Assembly: GCA_026004195.1 (NCBI GenBank) | Contig: BPIQ01000001.1 | Span: 1,290,311-1,354,310 of the forward strand | Direction: 5' to 3' | Length of the DNA stretch: 64,000 nucleotides | Source of the DNA: Candidatus Binatia bacterium | GTDB lineage: Bacteria; Desulfobacterota; Binatia; HRBIN30; BPIQ01 | Part shown: piece after piece, positions 1-8,168 of the stretch | How the letters are laid out: each line of letters opens with the position of its first letter | How positions within the stretch are numbered: the first letter of the stretch is position 1 | The notes under the pieces: generated by a model | Database searches by the model: none | What the model was told of the DNA's origin: nothing | What the model saw: only the letters and a program-made list of their open reading frames with translations | Made by a program: the position numbers and the translations under genes

Positions 1-767
1 ACGGTTACGACCCGTGGGGATTCCATCCGGCGGTCGCCAGGCGGATCCTCCTGCTCACGAGCCTTTTTTACCGCTACTACTTCCGGGTGGAGCTCGCGGG
101 AGTCGAGCGCTTGCCGGCCGGGCGGGTTCTCGTGGTCGCCAACCACGGTGGTCAGATCGCCCTCGACGCCGCCATGATCGCCACGGGCGTTTTCCTGGAG
201 GGCGAGCCACCTCGCATCCTCCGGGGGATGGGGGAGTACTGGCTCCCACGGGTTCCCTGGATCAACATCGTCATGGTACGGTCGGGATCGGTGGTCGGCA
301 CGCCGAAAAACTGTCTGGACCTCCTCCACCGTGACGAAGCGGTCATCGTGTTTCCGGAAGGGGTCCGCGGGATGAACAAACCCTACTGGCAAGCTTACCG
401 GTTGCAGAGGTTCGGTCTCGGATTCATGCGGCTCGCCCTCGCGACACGGACGCCCATCGTGCCCGTGGCCGTGGTGGGCTCGGAAGAACAGGCTCCCGGA
501 ATCGCCAACCTCCGGAGCGTGGCGCGGCTCCTCGGGATGCCGGCCTTCCCCCTGACCCTCACCTGGCCCTGGCTCGGGCCGCTCGGCCTCGTTCCGTTCC
601 CGGTCAAATACCGGATCACCTTCGGTGAGCCCATGGAGTTTTCCGGGGACGCCCACGCGGAAGACGAAGCCATCGAAAAACTCGTGCGGCAGGTGAAGCG
701 AAGGATCCGGACGATGCTCGACCGGATGCTCGAAAAGAGAAAAACGATCCTCTCGATCTTTTTCTGA
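1..767 (+). CDS. Lysophospholipid / 1-acyl-sn-glycerol-3-phosphate acyltransferase family (PlsC/LPLAT-like). 5' end lies outside the window; the frame is open from nt 3.
   Basis: The upstream frame has no stops (…YDPWGFHPAVARRILLL…). Acyltransferase motifs are present: 'VVANHGGQIALD' (H-x-D block) and 'VIVFPEGVRG' (FPEG block). Followed 18 nt later by the sulfotransferase. Confidence 0.65.
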   Translation, partial: GYDPWGFHPAVARRILLLTSLFYRYYFRVELAGVERLPAGRVLVVANHGGQIALDAAMIATGVFLEGEPPRILRGMGEYWLPRVPWINIVMVRSGSVVGTPKNCLDLLHRDEAVIVFPEGVRGMNKPYWQAYRLQRFGLGFMRLALATRTPIVPVAVVGSEEQAPGIANLRSVARLLGMPAFPLTLTWPWLGPLGLVPFPVKYRITFGEPMEFSGDAHAEDEAIEKLVRQVKRRIRTMLDRMLEKRKTILSIFF

Positions 768-784
768 AAGTTCTGAAAGCTCCC

Positions 785-1795
785 ATGCAAGACCGACTGG
801 TGTTCGTCATCGGAGCCCCGCGATCGGGATCCACCCTGCTCGCGCGGATGATCGGCGCCCATTCCCTCGTCTTTGCGCGCCCCGAACCGCATCTTCTCAC
901 CCCCCTCGCCCACCTGGGCTATTACGCCAACGTCCAGAAGGCGCCCTACGACCACATCCTGTCCGCCGAGGCTTTGCGGGAGTTCGTGGCCGATCTGCCG
1001 AACGGGGAACACGACTACCTCGACGCCTGCCGCGCCTACGCGGACACGCTTTACGGGCGCATGCTCTCGACGAAGCCGGAAAAGAAGCTTTTCCTCGACA
1101 AAACACCGGCTTACGCACTTGTCCTCGACTTCGTCTCGAAGCTCTACCCCGCCGCTCGCTACGTCGTTCTCACCCGACACCCCCTCGCGGTCTTCGCTTC
1201 CTACGCGGAATCCTTTTTCCACGGAGACTACGAAGCGGCTCAGGATTACAACCCGATCCTGCGCCGGTACGTGCCGGCCATCGCGAAGTTTCTGCGCGAG
1301 CGGCGCGTGCCCATCCACCACGTGCGTTACGAGGAACTCGTCGCCAGTCCCGAACGGCACCTCGAGGAAATTTTCCGCTTCCTCGGGATCCCCCACGAAC
1401 CCGAGGCCGTCGAATACGGCCGGCAGAAGCCCGCGGCGAAGGGCCTCGGAGATCCCATCACCGTCGATCGTGAACGACGACCCACCACCGCATCGGTCGA
1501 AAAGTGGGTTTCGGAGGTCGCGAGCGACCCGCGGCGCCTGGAATTCACGAAAAGACTCGTGGAGGAACTCGACCCCGACGACCTGGCCGAGTGGGGATAC
1601 CCTCTCGAGAGGCTGTGGGAGCCGCTCGAGAAGGCGGGCGGAAGGGTTCCTACGGTATCCAGACCCCGATGGGACCGCTACCGCCTCCAAAGGTTTCTCA
1701 TCGTGAAACTCCGCGAGCGCGCCCGCCGGCACCCGAGCTTCGCCCGCCTCCTCCACACGGTGCGGCTGGGAGCCGACGTTCTTTTGCGGGAGTAG
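785..1795 (+). CDS. Sulfotransferase family protein (PAPS-dependent)
   Basis: ATG start. 5'-PSB loop 'GAPRSGSTLL' near the N-terminus and a 3'-PB-like 'VVLTRHPLAVFAS'. About 336 aa, typical of bacterial Stf-type sulfotransferases. Confidence 0.7.
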   Translation: MQDRLVFVIGAPRSGSTLLARMIGAHSLVFARPEPHLLTPLAHLGYYANVQKAPYDHILSAEALREFVADLPNGEHDYLDACRAYADTLYGRMLSTKPEKKLFLDKTPAYALVLDFVSKLYPAARYVVLTRHPLAVFASYAESFFHGDYEAAQDYNPILRRYVPAIAKFLRERRVPIHHVRYEELVASPERHLEEIFRFLGIPHEPEAVEYGRQKPAAKGLGDPITVDRERRPTTASVEKWVSEVASDPRRLEFTKRLVEELDPDDLAEWGYPLERLWEPLEKAGGRVPTVSRPRWDRYRLQRFLIVKLRERARRHPSFARLLHTVRLGADVLLRE

Positions 1796-1800
1796 CCCGC

Positions 1801-3552
1801 GTGAGGTTGCGCTCCGAGGATCTCTTCCGGGCGGAAGTGCGAATCCCGAGCGGTGCCGGTGAAACCCTGCGCTTCGCCTCGGCCGAACTCTGCCACTACC
1901 TCCAGGCCATGAGCCGCGTCCCTCTGGCTCCCGTCCGGGACCCGTCGCTCGTGCGTCCCGGGGTCGTGGTGGGGAGGGCTCCGCTTCCGGAGACGGGGCC
2001 CCTCGAGGAGGGCGAATTCCGAGTCGTCCCCTCGGCGTCCGGATTTTGCGTCCTGGGGGGTAGCGAGCGGGCCGTGCTCCACGGAGTCTACCGGCTTCTC
2101 GAGCACTGGGGCTGCCGGTGGTCCTTTCACGGGAGCCCCCTCGAAGAAATCCCGCGACTTACGGCCGAAGGTGTGGCGGTCCCGGAGCTTCGCGAGAAAC
2201 CCGCTTTCCGGGTCCGCGCCTACGCCTCGGACATCCATACGTGGCACTACTCGGAACCCGAAAAGCTCCGTAGCCGGCTTCCGTCCGACGTCGCCTTCGT
2301 CGACTGGCTCGGCAAAACGGGAGCCAACGCCTTCCTCTTCATTCACCACCCGTTCGACTCCGCCTTCACGATCCGAGAGCTCGAGCCGGAGTTCTCGAAG
2401 CGCGGCATCGGGATCGAGTGGGGCGGCCACGTTTTGCCGGTTCTGCTTCCGAGGGAGCGTTTCCGGGACCACCCGGAGTGGTTCCCCGAGGGGCCGGACG
2501 GCCGGAGGACGGATCTCGGAAACCTCTGCCCGAGCTCGCCCGAGGCACTGGCGGAGGTAGCGGACAGGGCATGGAAGCTCGCCACGGCGAACCCCCGTCT
2601 CGGAGCCCTGCACCTGTGGGGCGCCGATTTCTGGGAGGGGGGCTGGTGCCGGTGCGCCGGCTGCAAGGGGCTTTCTCCCTCCGAACAGAGCCTCCGGGTC
2701 TGCAATGCGGTGGCTCGGCGCCTCGAGGAGCGAGGCTTCCCCCACTCGATCTACGCTCTCGCCTACCACGACACCATCGAGCCCGAACTCGAGTCCGCCC
2801 CCGCGGAGCGGGTTTTCTGCGAGTTCGCACCCAGAGAACGTTGCTACGCTCACGCTCTTTCCGACCCGTCGTGCGAGCGCAACCGGTTCTACCGGCGAGC
2901 CCTGGAGGGATACCTCCGAATCTTCGGGCCCCGCGTTCGGGTGTTCGAGTACTACGGGGACGCCATCTTGTTTTTCGGCTGTGGGGTCCCGCTCGTGGAG
3001 GTGATCGAAGAGGATCTGGAGTTCTACCGTACCGCGGGCGTCTCCGAGGTCTCCCTGCTGCAATTCGGCGCCTACTCCGTTTGGGCCTATCCGCTGAACC
3101 TCCTCGCGTACGCCTTCGGAACCTGGGGTCGTTCGGGCGAGCTCGGACGCTCCATTCCCCGGGAGCTTCGAGCGTACGGCCCGCAATTCTGGCGGCGCTT
3201 CGAGCAGGCCGTGCGTCCGGCCGTCGCCCACGGGGACATTCGCAGGCCCACCGGCGCCGACCCGAAAAGGCTCGCCGAGCAGCTCTCGACCGCGAGCCGC
3301 GAACTCGCAGAACTCTCCCGGGCGGTACCCGACCCGGATTCTTCGGAGCAAAGGGAGCTTCTCGGGTACACGGCCGCCGTTCTCCGGTGCGTCGCGAAAG
3401 AGCTCGAGGGAAGCGCGCCGAGACCCGTCGTCGAAGACGAGCTCGGGAAGGCCATCTCGAGACTCGCCGCGCTCGCTCCCCGGCACGTCGGTCTGTGGGG
3501 GGTCTTCGACTTGCCGCTCGTCCACGCTTTTTTCGCCTCCCGGAAGGAGTGA
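1801..3552 (+). CDS. DUF4838-like (glycoside-hydrolase-20-related) protein. Start set at GTG 1801 rather than the track's 1504, which would overlap the sulfotransferase by 290 nt.
   Basis: Same frame as track ORF 1504..3552. The N-terminal pattern 'AEVRIPSGAGETLRFASAELCHYLQAMSRVPL' resembles DUF4838 N-termini. No catalytic motif could be confirmed by eye. Confidence 0.4.
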   Translation: MRLRSEDLFRAEVRIPSGAGETLRFASAELCHYLQAMSRVPLAPVRDPSLVRPGVVVGRAPLPETGPLEEGEFRVVPSASGFCVLGGSERAVLHGVYRLLEHWGCRWSFHGSPLEEIPRLTAEGVAVPELREKPAFRVRAYASDIHTWHYSEPEKLRSRLPSDVAFVDWLGKTGANAFLFIHHPFDSAFTIRELEPEFSKRGIGIEWGGHVLPVLLPRERFRDHPEWFPEGPDGRRTDLGNLCPSSPEALAEVADRAWKLATANPRLGALHLWGADFWEGGWCRCAGCKGLSPSEQSLRVCNAVARRLEERGFPHSIYALAYHDTIEPELESAPAERVFCEFAPRERCYAHALSDPSCERNRFYRRALEGYLRIFGPRVRVFEYYGDAILFFGCGVPLVEVIEEDLEFYRTAGVSEVSLLQFGAYSVWAYPLNLLAYAFGTWGRSGELGRSIPRELRAYGPQFWRRFEQAVRPAVAHGDIRRPTGADPKRLAEQLSTASRELAELSRAVPDPDSSEQRELLGYTAAVLRCVAKELEGSAPRPVVEDELGKAISRLAALAPRHVGLWGVFDLPLVHAFFASRKE

Positions 3553-3561
3553 TCGGGCCCG

Positions 3562-5250
3562 GTGCGCCGAGCCGTCCGGAGACTTCTTCTTTTCGCATCC
3601 CTGCTCGTCCTCGCGTGGATCGTCTACCGGCAATGGATCGGGGCCCGTGTCGAAGACGGCAGCTTCCTTTTGTTCGACTTCCACGGCTCCTGGGACGAGG
3701 GGCCGCCCGATTCGGAGTTGACCCGGTTCTTCTTCCCCGGAAAGCTCACGGCCGTCGAGGCACTCCACCTCCTCGACCGGGCCTCCTCGGACCCGAGGCT
3801 TTCCGGCCTCGTCGTGAGGGTACGTAGCCCCGAAATCGGCTGGGCCCGGGCCGAGGAATTCCGCGAGAGCTTTCTCCGTTTCCGAGAGGCGGGAAAGAGC
3901 GTCGTCTCTCTTCTCGAGACGGAGGCGCCCCTCGCCAACCGAGATTTCTTTCTCGCATCGGCGGGTTCACCGCTGTACGTTTCCCCGGGTACGACCGCGC
4001 CGCTGCTCGGCCTCTCGCTCCGTTACCTCTTTTTCGGCGAGCTCTTCGAGAAGCTCGGCGTGCACTTCTACGTGGCTCGAACCGGCCCGTACAAGACGGG
4101 TCCCGATTTCCTGACCGGACGGGGCATGTCGAAGCAACACCGCGAAATGGCCGAATCGTTGCTCGAAAGCGTGCGCACGTCCTTCGTCTCTGCGCTCGCC
4201 CGAGCCCGGAAGCTGCCCGACGGCCGGGTCCTCGAGATTTTCGAGAACGCCCCCTCACGCCCGGAGGACTTCGTTCGCCTCGGTCTCGCGGACGGCGTCC
4301 GGTCCCTGAGCGAGATTCGAGCTCGGGACCTGGCCCATGCTCCCCTGGTGGACCTCGAGACGTACCACCGGTCGCAGTCCGGGATTCTCCGGAGACCTCG
4401 CCACGCCGTGGCCGTCGTACCGGTCGACGGAACCATCACGCTCGACGGCCCGCCCGCCGCCGGCGCGGCCGCGACGGAACTCGTCCGAGCGCTCGAGGCC
4501 GCTCTCTCCGACCCCGATGTTCGTGCGATCCTCGTTCGCGTTCACAGTCCGGGAGGGTCGGCCCTCGCGTCCGACCTCGTCTGGCGAGCGATCCGGGAAG
4601 CCGGAGAGAAAAAGCCCGTCGTCGCCTCCCTCTCGGACGTCGCCGCATCGGGGGGGTACTACCTCGCCTGCGGTGCCGATCTCGTGTTCGCGTCGGAGAC
4701 CTCTCTGACCGGGTCGATCGGCGTCTTCTACGTTCGACCGAACCTTCGGGACGCTCTCGAGAAAGCGGGAGTTCGCGTCGAAGTCCTCTCGAGAGACCGC
4801 TACGCCACGATCCACGACCCGTTCTCCCCGCTCGACGAGGCCGCCCGGCGTCGGATCGAAGAAGAAATCGACGACGTCTACGACCTTTTTCTCGAACGCG
4901 TCGCCACGAGCCGGCGGTCTTCCCGAGAGGAGGTCGAGCGGGTCGCCGGCGGGAGAGTGTGGACCGGTCGCCAGGCCGTGGACCTGGGGCTCGTCGACGC
5001 CATCGGGGGCTTTTCCGACGCGCTGGCGGCGGCGAAGGAACGCGCGGGGATCCCGGCGCGCGAACCCGTTCGTCTCGTCTTCTATCCCGCTGCCAGGGCA
5101 CCGTGGGAACGTATCCGGGAAATGGCCCGTCCTTCCCTGTCTCCGGCCCGGGGGGTACTCTCCGAAAGCCTCGAGCGACTCCGCGAGCTCGGCAGACACC
5201 TGCGCCCGGGTCCGTGGGCGCTCATGCCGGAGCGGATCCTCCTGGAATAG
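3562..5250 (+). CDS. sppA: Signal peptide peptidase SppA (S49 family, 67K type)
   Basis: GTG start 10 nt after the upstream stop. N-terminal TM segment. S49 signature 'SLSDVAASGGYYLACGADLVFASETSLTGSIGVF' and a duplicated ClpP-like domain. Confidence 0.85.
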   Translation: MRRAVRRLLLFASLLVLAWIVYRQWIGARVEDGSFLLFDFHGSWDEGPPDSELTRFFFPGKLTAVEALHLLDRASSDPRLSGLVVRVRSPEIGWARAEEFRESFLRFREAGKSVVSLLETEAPLANRDFFLASAGSPLYVSPGTTAPLLGLSLRYLFFGELFEKLGVHFYVARTGPYKTGPDFLTGRGMSKQHREMAESLLESVRTSFVSALARARKLPDGRVLEIFENAPSRPEDFVRLGLADGVRSLSEIRARDLAHAPLVDLETYHRSQSGILRRPRHAVAVVPVDGTITLDGPPAAGAAATELVRALEAALSDPDVRAILVRVHSPGGSALASDLVWRAIREAGEKKPVVASLSDVAASGGYYLACGADLVFASETSLTGSIGVFYVRPNLRDALEKAGVRVEVLSRDRYATIHDPFSPLDEAARRRIEEEIDDVYDLFLERVATSRRSSREEVERVAGGRVWTGRQAVDLGLVDAIGGFSDALAAAKERAGIPAREPVRLVFYPAARAPWERIREMARPSLSPARGVLSESLERLRELGRHLRPGPWALMPERILLE

Positions 5251-5253
5251 ACT

Positions 5254-6369
5254 TCAGCGCGGGAGCGACGCGGGCGGCTCCGCGTTACGCACCGGGCCCG
5301 TCAAGGCATGCAGGAAAGCCACGAGGTCCCGCTTTTCCTGCTCGCTCAGGCCGAGGGGTTTCATTTCGGGGGAGAGGTTCGGATTCTTGTTGCCGCCCCG
5401 GTCGTAGAATTCCACCACTTCCTCGAGCGTCGCCTCGCTGCCGTCGTGCATGTAAGGCGCCGTGAGCGCCACGTTTCGAAGCGTCGGTGTCTTGAACGCC
5501 CCGCGATCCTCTTCGTTTTTCGTCACTTCGAAACGGCCCGGATCCTTTCCCCAGCCGACTCCCAGGTTGTGGTAGCTCTCGTCGGTGAAGTTGAAACCCG
5601 AGTGGCAGGCCTTGCAGTTGGCCTTTCCGTTGAAAAGTTCCATGCCCCGGACCGCCGAAGGACTCATGGCGTCTCGATCGCCCGCCTGGTATCGGTCGAA
5701 GGGGCTGTCTCCCGAGACGACGGTCCGCTCGTAGGCGGCAATCGCCTTCGCGATCCGCTCGATGTCGACCTTCGGGTCACCGAACGCTTTCTCGAAAAGA
5801 GGCCGATAACCCGCGATCTTCCCGATCCTTTGCGCGGCCTCGTCGTGGGACGCGTTCGCCATCTCGACGGGGTTCGTGAGCGGGCCCAGAACTTGCTCCT
5901 CGAGGTCTTTCGCCCGCCCGTCCCAGAACTGCTCCTGGGAGAAAAGGCGGTTGATGACCGTAGGACTGTTCCGCGTGCCGAGTTGGTTTCGCACTCCTTT
6001 GGAGGTAGGCGCCGGGTCCGCGAAGCCGTGGAACGGATTGTGGCAGCTCGCGCACGAAACCGTGCCGTCCTTCGAAAGCCGCGGGTCGAAATAGAGGAGT
6101 TTGCCCAGGGCGATTTTCGCCTCTGTCATCGGGTTCGACTCGGGCACGTAGGCGGCGTCGGCTTGCAGGCCGAGCGGCAATTCCATGCTCCAAGAACCGC
6201 TCCGGAGAACTTCGGCTTCCGGGCGTCCGGCTTCTTTCTCTCCTGCGGCAGCCGCGAGACCGACCGAAAGGAGAAGAGAAAGCAGGATCGATTCGAGGCC
6301 TTTCCACTCCCGACGCTTGCACGAAACTCCGATCGGCGCGAAACTCGGCGGAATCCGGAACCCTTTCAT
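5254..6369 (-). CDS. Di-heme cytochrome c peroxidase (CCP/MauG family)
   Basis: Two CXXCH motifs ('CASCH', 'CKACH'). N-terminal signal/TM segment. Conserved CCP blocks 'FWDGRA' and 'PYMHDG'. Confidence 0.85.
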   Translation of the reverse strand: MKGFRIPPSFAPIGVSCKRREWKGLESILLSLLLSVGLAAAAGEKEAGRPEAEVLRSGSWSMELPLGLQADAAYVPESNPMTEAKIALGKLLYFDPRLSKDGTVSCASCHNPFHGFADPAPTSKGVRNQLGTRNSPTVINRLFSQEQFWDGRAKDLEEQVLGPLTNPVEMANASHDEAAQRIGKIAGYRPLFEKAFGDPKVDIERIAKAIAAYERTVVSGDSPFDRYQAGDRDAMSPSAVRGMELFNGKANCKACHSGFNFTDESYHNLGVGWGKDPGRFEVTKNEEDRGAFKTPTLRNVALTAPYMHDGSEATLEEVVEFYDRGGNKNPNLSPEMKPLGLSEQEKRDLVAFLHALTGPVRNAEPPASLPR

Positions 6370-6913
6370 GGCTCGAGATTTCTCCTGGTATTTTCACTCC
6401 GGAGCCTCCCCCCGGCCGCTCGGCAGGCCGAGCGTGAGCCCCATCACGGAACATCTCTATATCGGAGAGTACCCGCGCACGGAAGACATCCCCTGGCTCA
6501 AAGAACGCCACGGGATCGGAGCTGTCGCGAGCCTCCAGGACGACGCCGATCTGGCTTCCAAAGATCTCGAACTCCGGGCACTCGAACAGGAATACCGGGC
6601 GAACCGGATCGTCTTCCGGCGCTTCCCGGTCGCCGACGGTGACGTCGAGGCGCTCGCGCAAAGGCTGGGGACGATCCTGGACGGCCTCGTGGAACTCCAG
6701 GCCGGCGGAACACGGGTGTACGTTCACTGCAACGCGGGTATGAACCGCGCGCCGACGGTGGCCATCGCGTACCTTCACTTCGTCGAGGGCCTCGGTCTCG
6801 ACGAGGCCGTCGAATTCGTCAAACGCAAGAGGCCCTGCGTTCCCTACTTGCGGGCGATCGAGGCAGCCCGGTCGTGCGGCCACCTGCCTAGGGGACGACT
6901 TGTGCGTCCTTGA
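6368..6913 (+). CDS. Dual-specificity (Tyr/Ser/Thr) protein phosphatase
   Basis: Catalytic P-loop 'VHCNAGMNRAP' (HCxxGxxR). About 181 aa from ATG 6368. The track ORF starts further upstream at 6185, but that part is GC-rich read-through. Confidence 0.6.
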   Translation: MARDFSWYFHSGASPRPLGRPSVSPITEHLYIGEYPRTEDIPWLKERHGIGAVASLQDDADLASKDLELRALEQEYRANRIVFRRFPVADGDVEALAQRLGTILDGLVELQAGGTRVYVHCNAGMNRAPTVAIAYLHFVEGLGLDEAVEFVKRKRPCVPYLRAIEAARSCGHLPRGRLVRP

Positions 6914-8099
6914 GTCGCGCGATGTCTTCCCAACCGTAGCCGAGTTCCAGCAGGACCTCTTCGGTGTCCGCCCCGCTCTCGGAGGCCGCTTTCCGCACCT
7001 CGGGAGCCTCGTTGTCGAACTGCACGGGACTCGCGGCCACTCGAAACCGCCCGTGCGCGGGATGCGGAAACTCCAGAACGTACCGGTTCGCCACGACCTG
7101 CGGGTCGTCGGGAACCTCGGAGGGGGATTGCACGGGTGCCCAGATACAATCCGAGGCGCGCAGCGCCCGGGCCCATTCCTCTCGCGTGCGGGCGGCGAAA
7201 ACGCTCTCGAGAACACGCACGAGCTCGTCGACGTTGGCCTTCCGGGCCTCGGCAGTCGCGAAGCGGGGATCTTCCAGAAGGTCGGGACGGTCGATCGTCC
7301 GGCAGAAAATCGGCCAGAATCGCTCTTCCTGCAACATCATCAGGCTGATCCGCTTGCCGTCCTTGCACGCGTAGATGCGAACCAGGGGGTTCGGTGTGCC
7401 TCCCACTCCCGACGGCGGCAGCTCGAACCCGTACGTCATCGCTGCCACGATGTCCGGGGAAAGCACCCACACGGCGTTTCCCAGGAGCGACACGTCCACT
7501 TCCCCGCCCTTGCCGGTCCTTTCCCGCCGAAAGAGCGCCGCCGCGATGCCACCGGCCAGGAACATCCCGCCCGTGAAGTCTCCGAATGCCGGGCGCTGCA
7601 TGACGAGCGGCTCTCCCGGACGCGTCAGCCGGTCCGCGATCCCCCCTCGAGCCCAGAACGAAGCACCGTCGTACCCGCCTTTGTCGGCGTCCGGGCCACG
7701 CTGACCCTGCCCGTGCCCCTTCGCGTACACGATCCTGGGGTTGACCGCCTTCAGATCTTCGTAGGTGATCCGCAGGCGGCGACGTGCCGAGGGCAGAAAG
7801 TTCGTGAGAAAGACGTCCGCACGCTCGACCAGCCGGCAGAGGACCTCCCTTCCCTCGTCCTTCGCCAGGTCGAGACCGATGCTGCGCTTGTTCCGGCCGA
7901 GCTGCTCGACGAAGAAGTTGACCCCGCGCGCTCCCGGGACGATCCCCGAAGTCACGAGCCCTCGGATCGGGTCTCCCCGAACCGGATGCTCGACCTTGAC
8001 GACGTCGGCTCCCCAATCGGCCAGAACCGTTCCGGCCGAAGGAACGAAGCCCCAATCCGCGACCTCCACGACCCGAATGCCCTCGAGAACCGAAATCAT
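6888..8099 (-). CDS. CoA-transferase family III (CaiB/BaiF-type acyl-CoA:CoA transferase)
   Basis: N-terminus 'MISVLEGIRVVEVADWGFVPSAGTVLADWGADVVKVE' is a classic family III signature. Start moved to ATG 8099, internal to track ORF 6888..8156. Confidence 0.8.
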   Translation of the reverse strand: MISVLEGIRVVEVADWGFVPSAGTVLADWGADVVKVEHPVRGDPIRGLVTSGIVPGARGVNFFVEQLGRNKRSIGLDLAKDEGREVLCRLVERADVFLTNFLPSARRRLRITYEDLKAVNPRIVYAKGHGQGQRGPDADKGGYDGASFWARGGIADRLTRPGEPLVMQRPAFGDFTGGMFLAGGIAAALFRRERTGKGGEVDVSLLGNAVWVLSPDIVAAMTYGFELPPSGVGGTPNPLVRIYACKDGKRISLMMLQEERFWPIFCRTIDRPDLLEDPRFATAEARKANVDELVRVLESVFAARTREEWARALRASDCIWAPVQSPSEVPDDPQVVANRYVLEFPHPAHGRFRVAASPVQFDNEAPEVRKAASESGADTEEVLLELGYGWEDIARLKDAQVVP

Positions 8100-8168
8100 G
8101 CCTTCGTCCCCCTCTTCGGTCCTAGTGGCTTTTGCACGGCCCGCGGCCCGGCGCAAGAAAAGACGGCG

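Noticed and set aside
395-1756. 453-aa minus-strand ORF antisense to the sulfotransferase gene. Similar long antisense ORFs occur at 1678-3768, 2366-3598, 2418-3827, 4255-5199, 5777-7216, 6900-10133, 8132-10885, 10383-11948, 23572-24639, 25394-26242, 41126-42112 and elsewhere.
   Set aside because: They have no recognisable family signatures and a low-complexity Arg/Pro/Gly-rich composition typical of GC-rich antisense frames. Each overlaps a gene with clear motifs on the other strand.
1504-1800. Upstream extension of the DUF4838-like ORF overlapping the sulfotransferase by about 290 nt.
   Set aside because: A GTG at 1801 lies 6 nt after the sulfotransferase stop in the same frame, and the conserved N-terminal pattern begins there. 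A long overlap is unnecessary.
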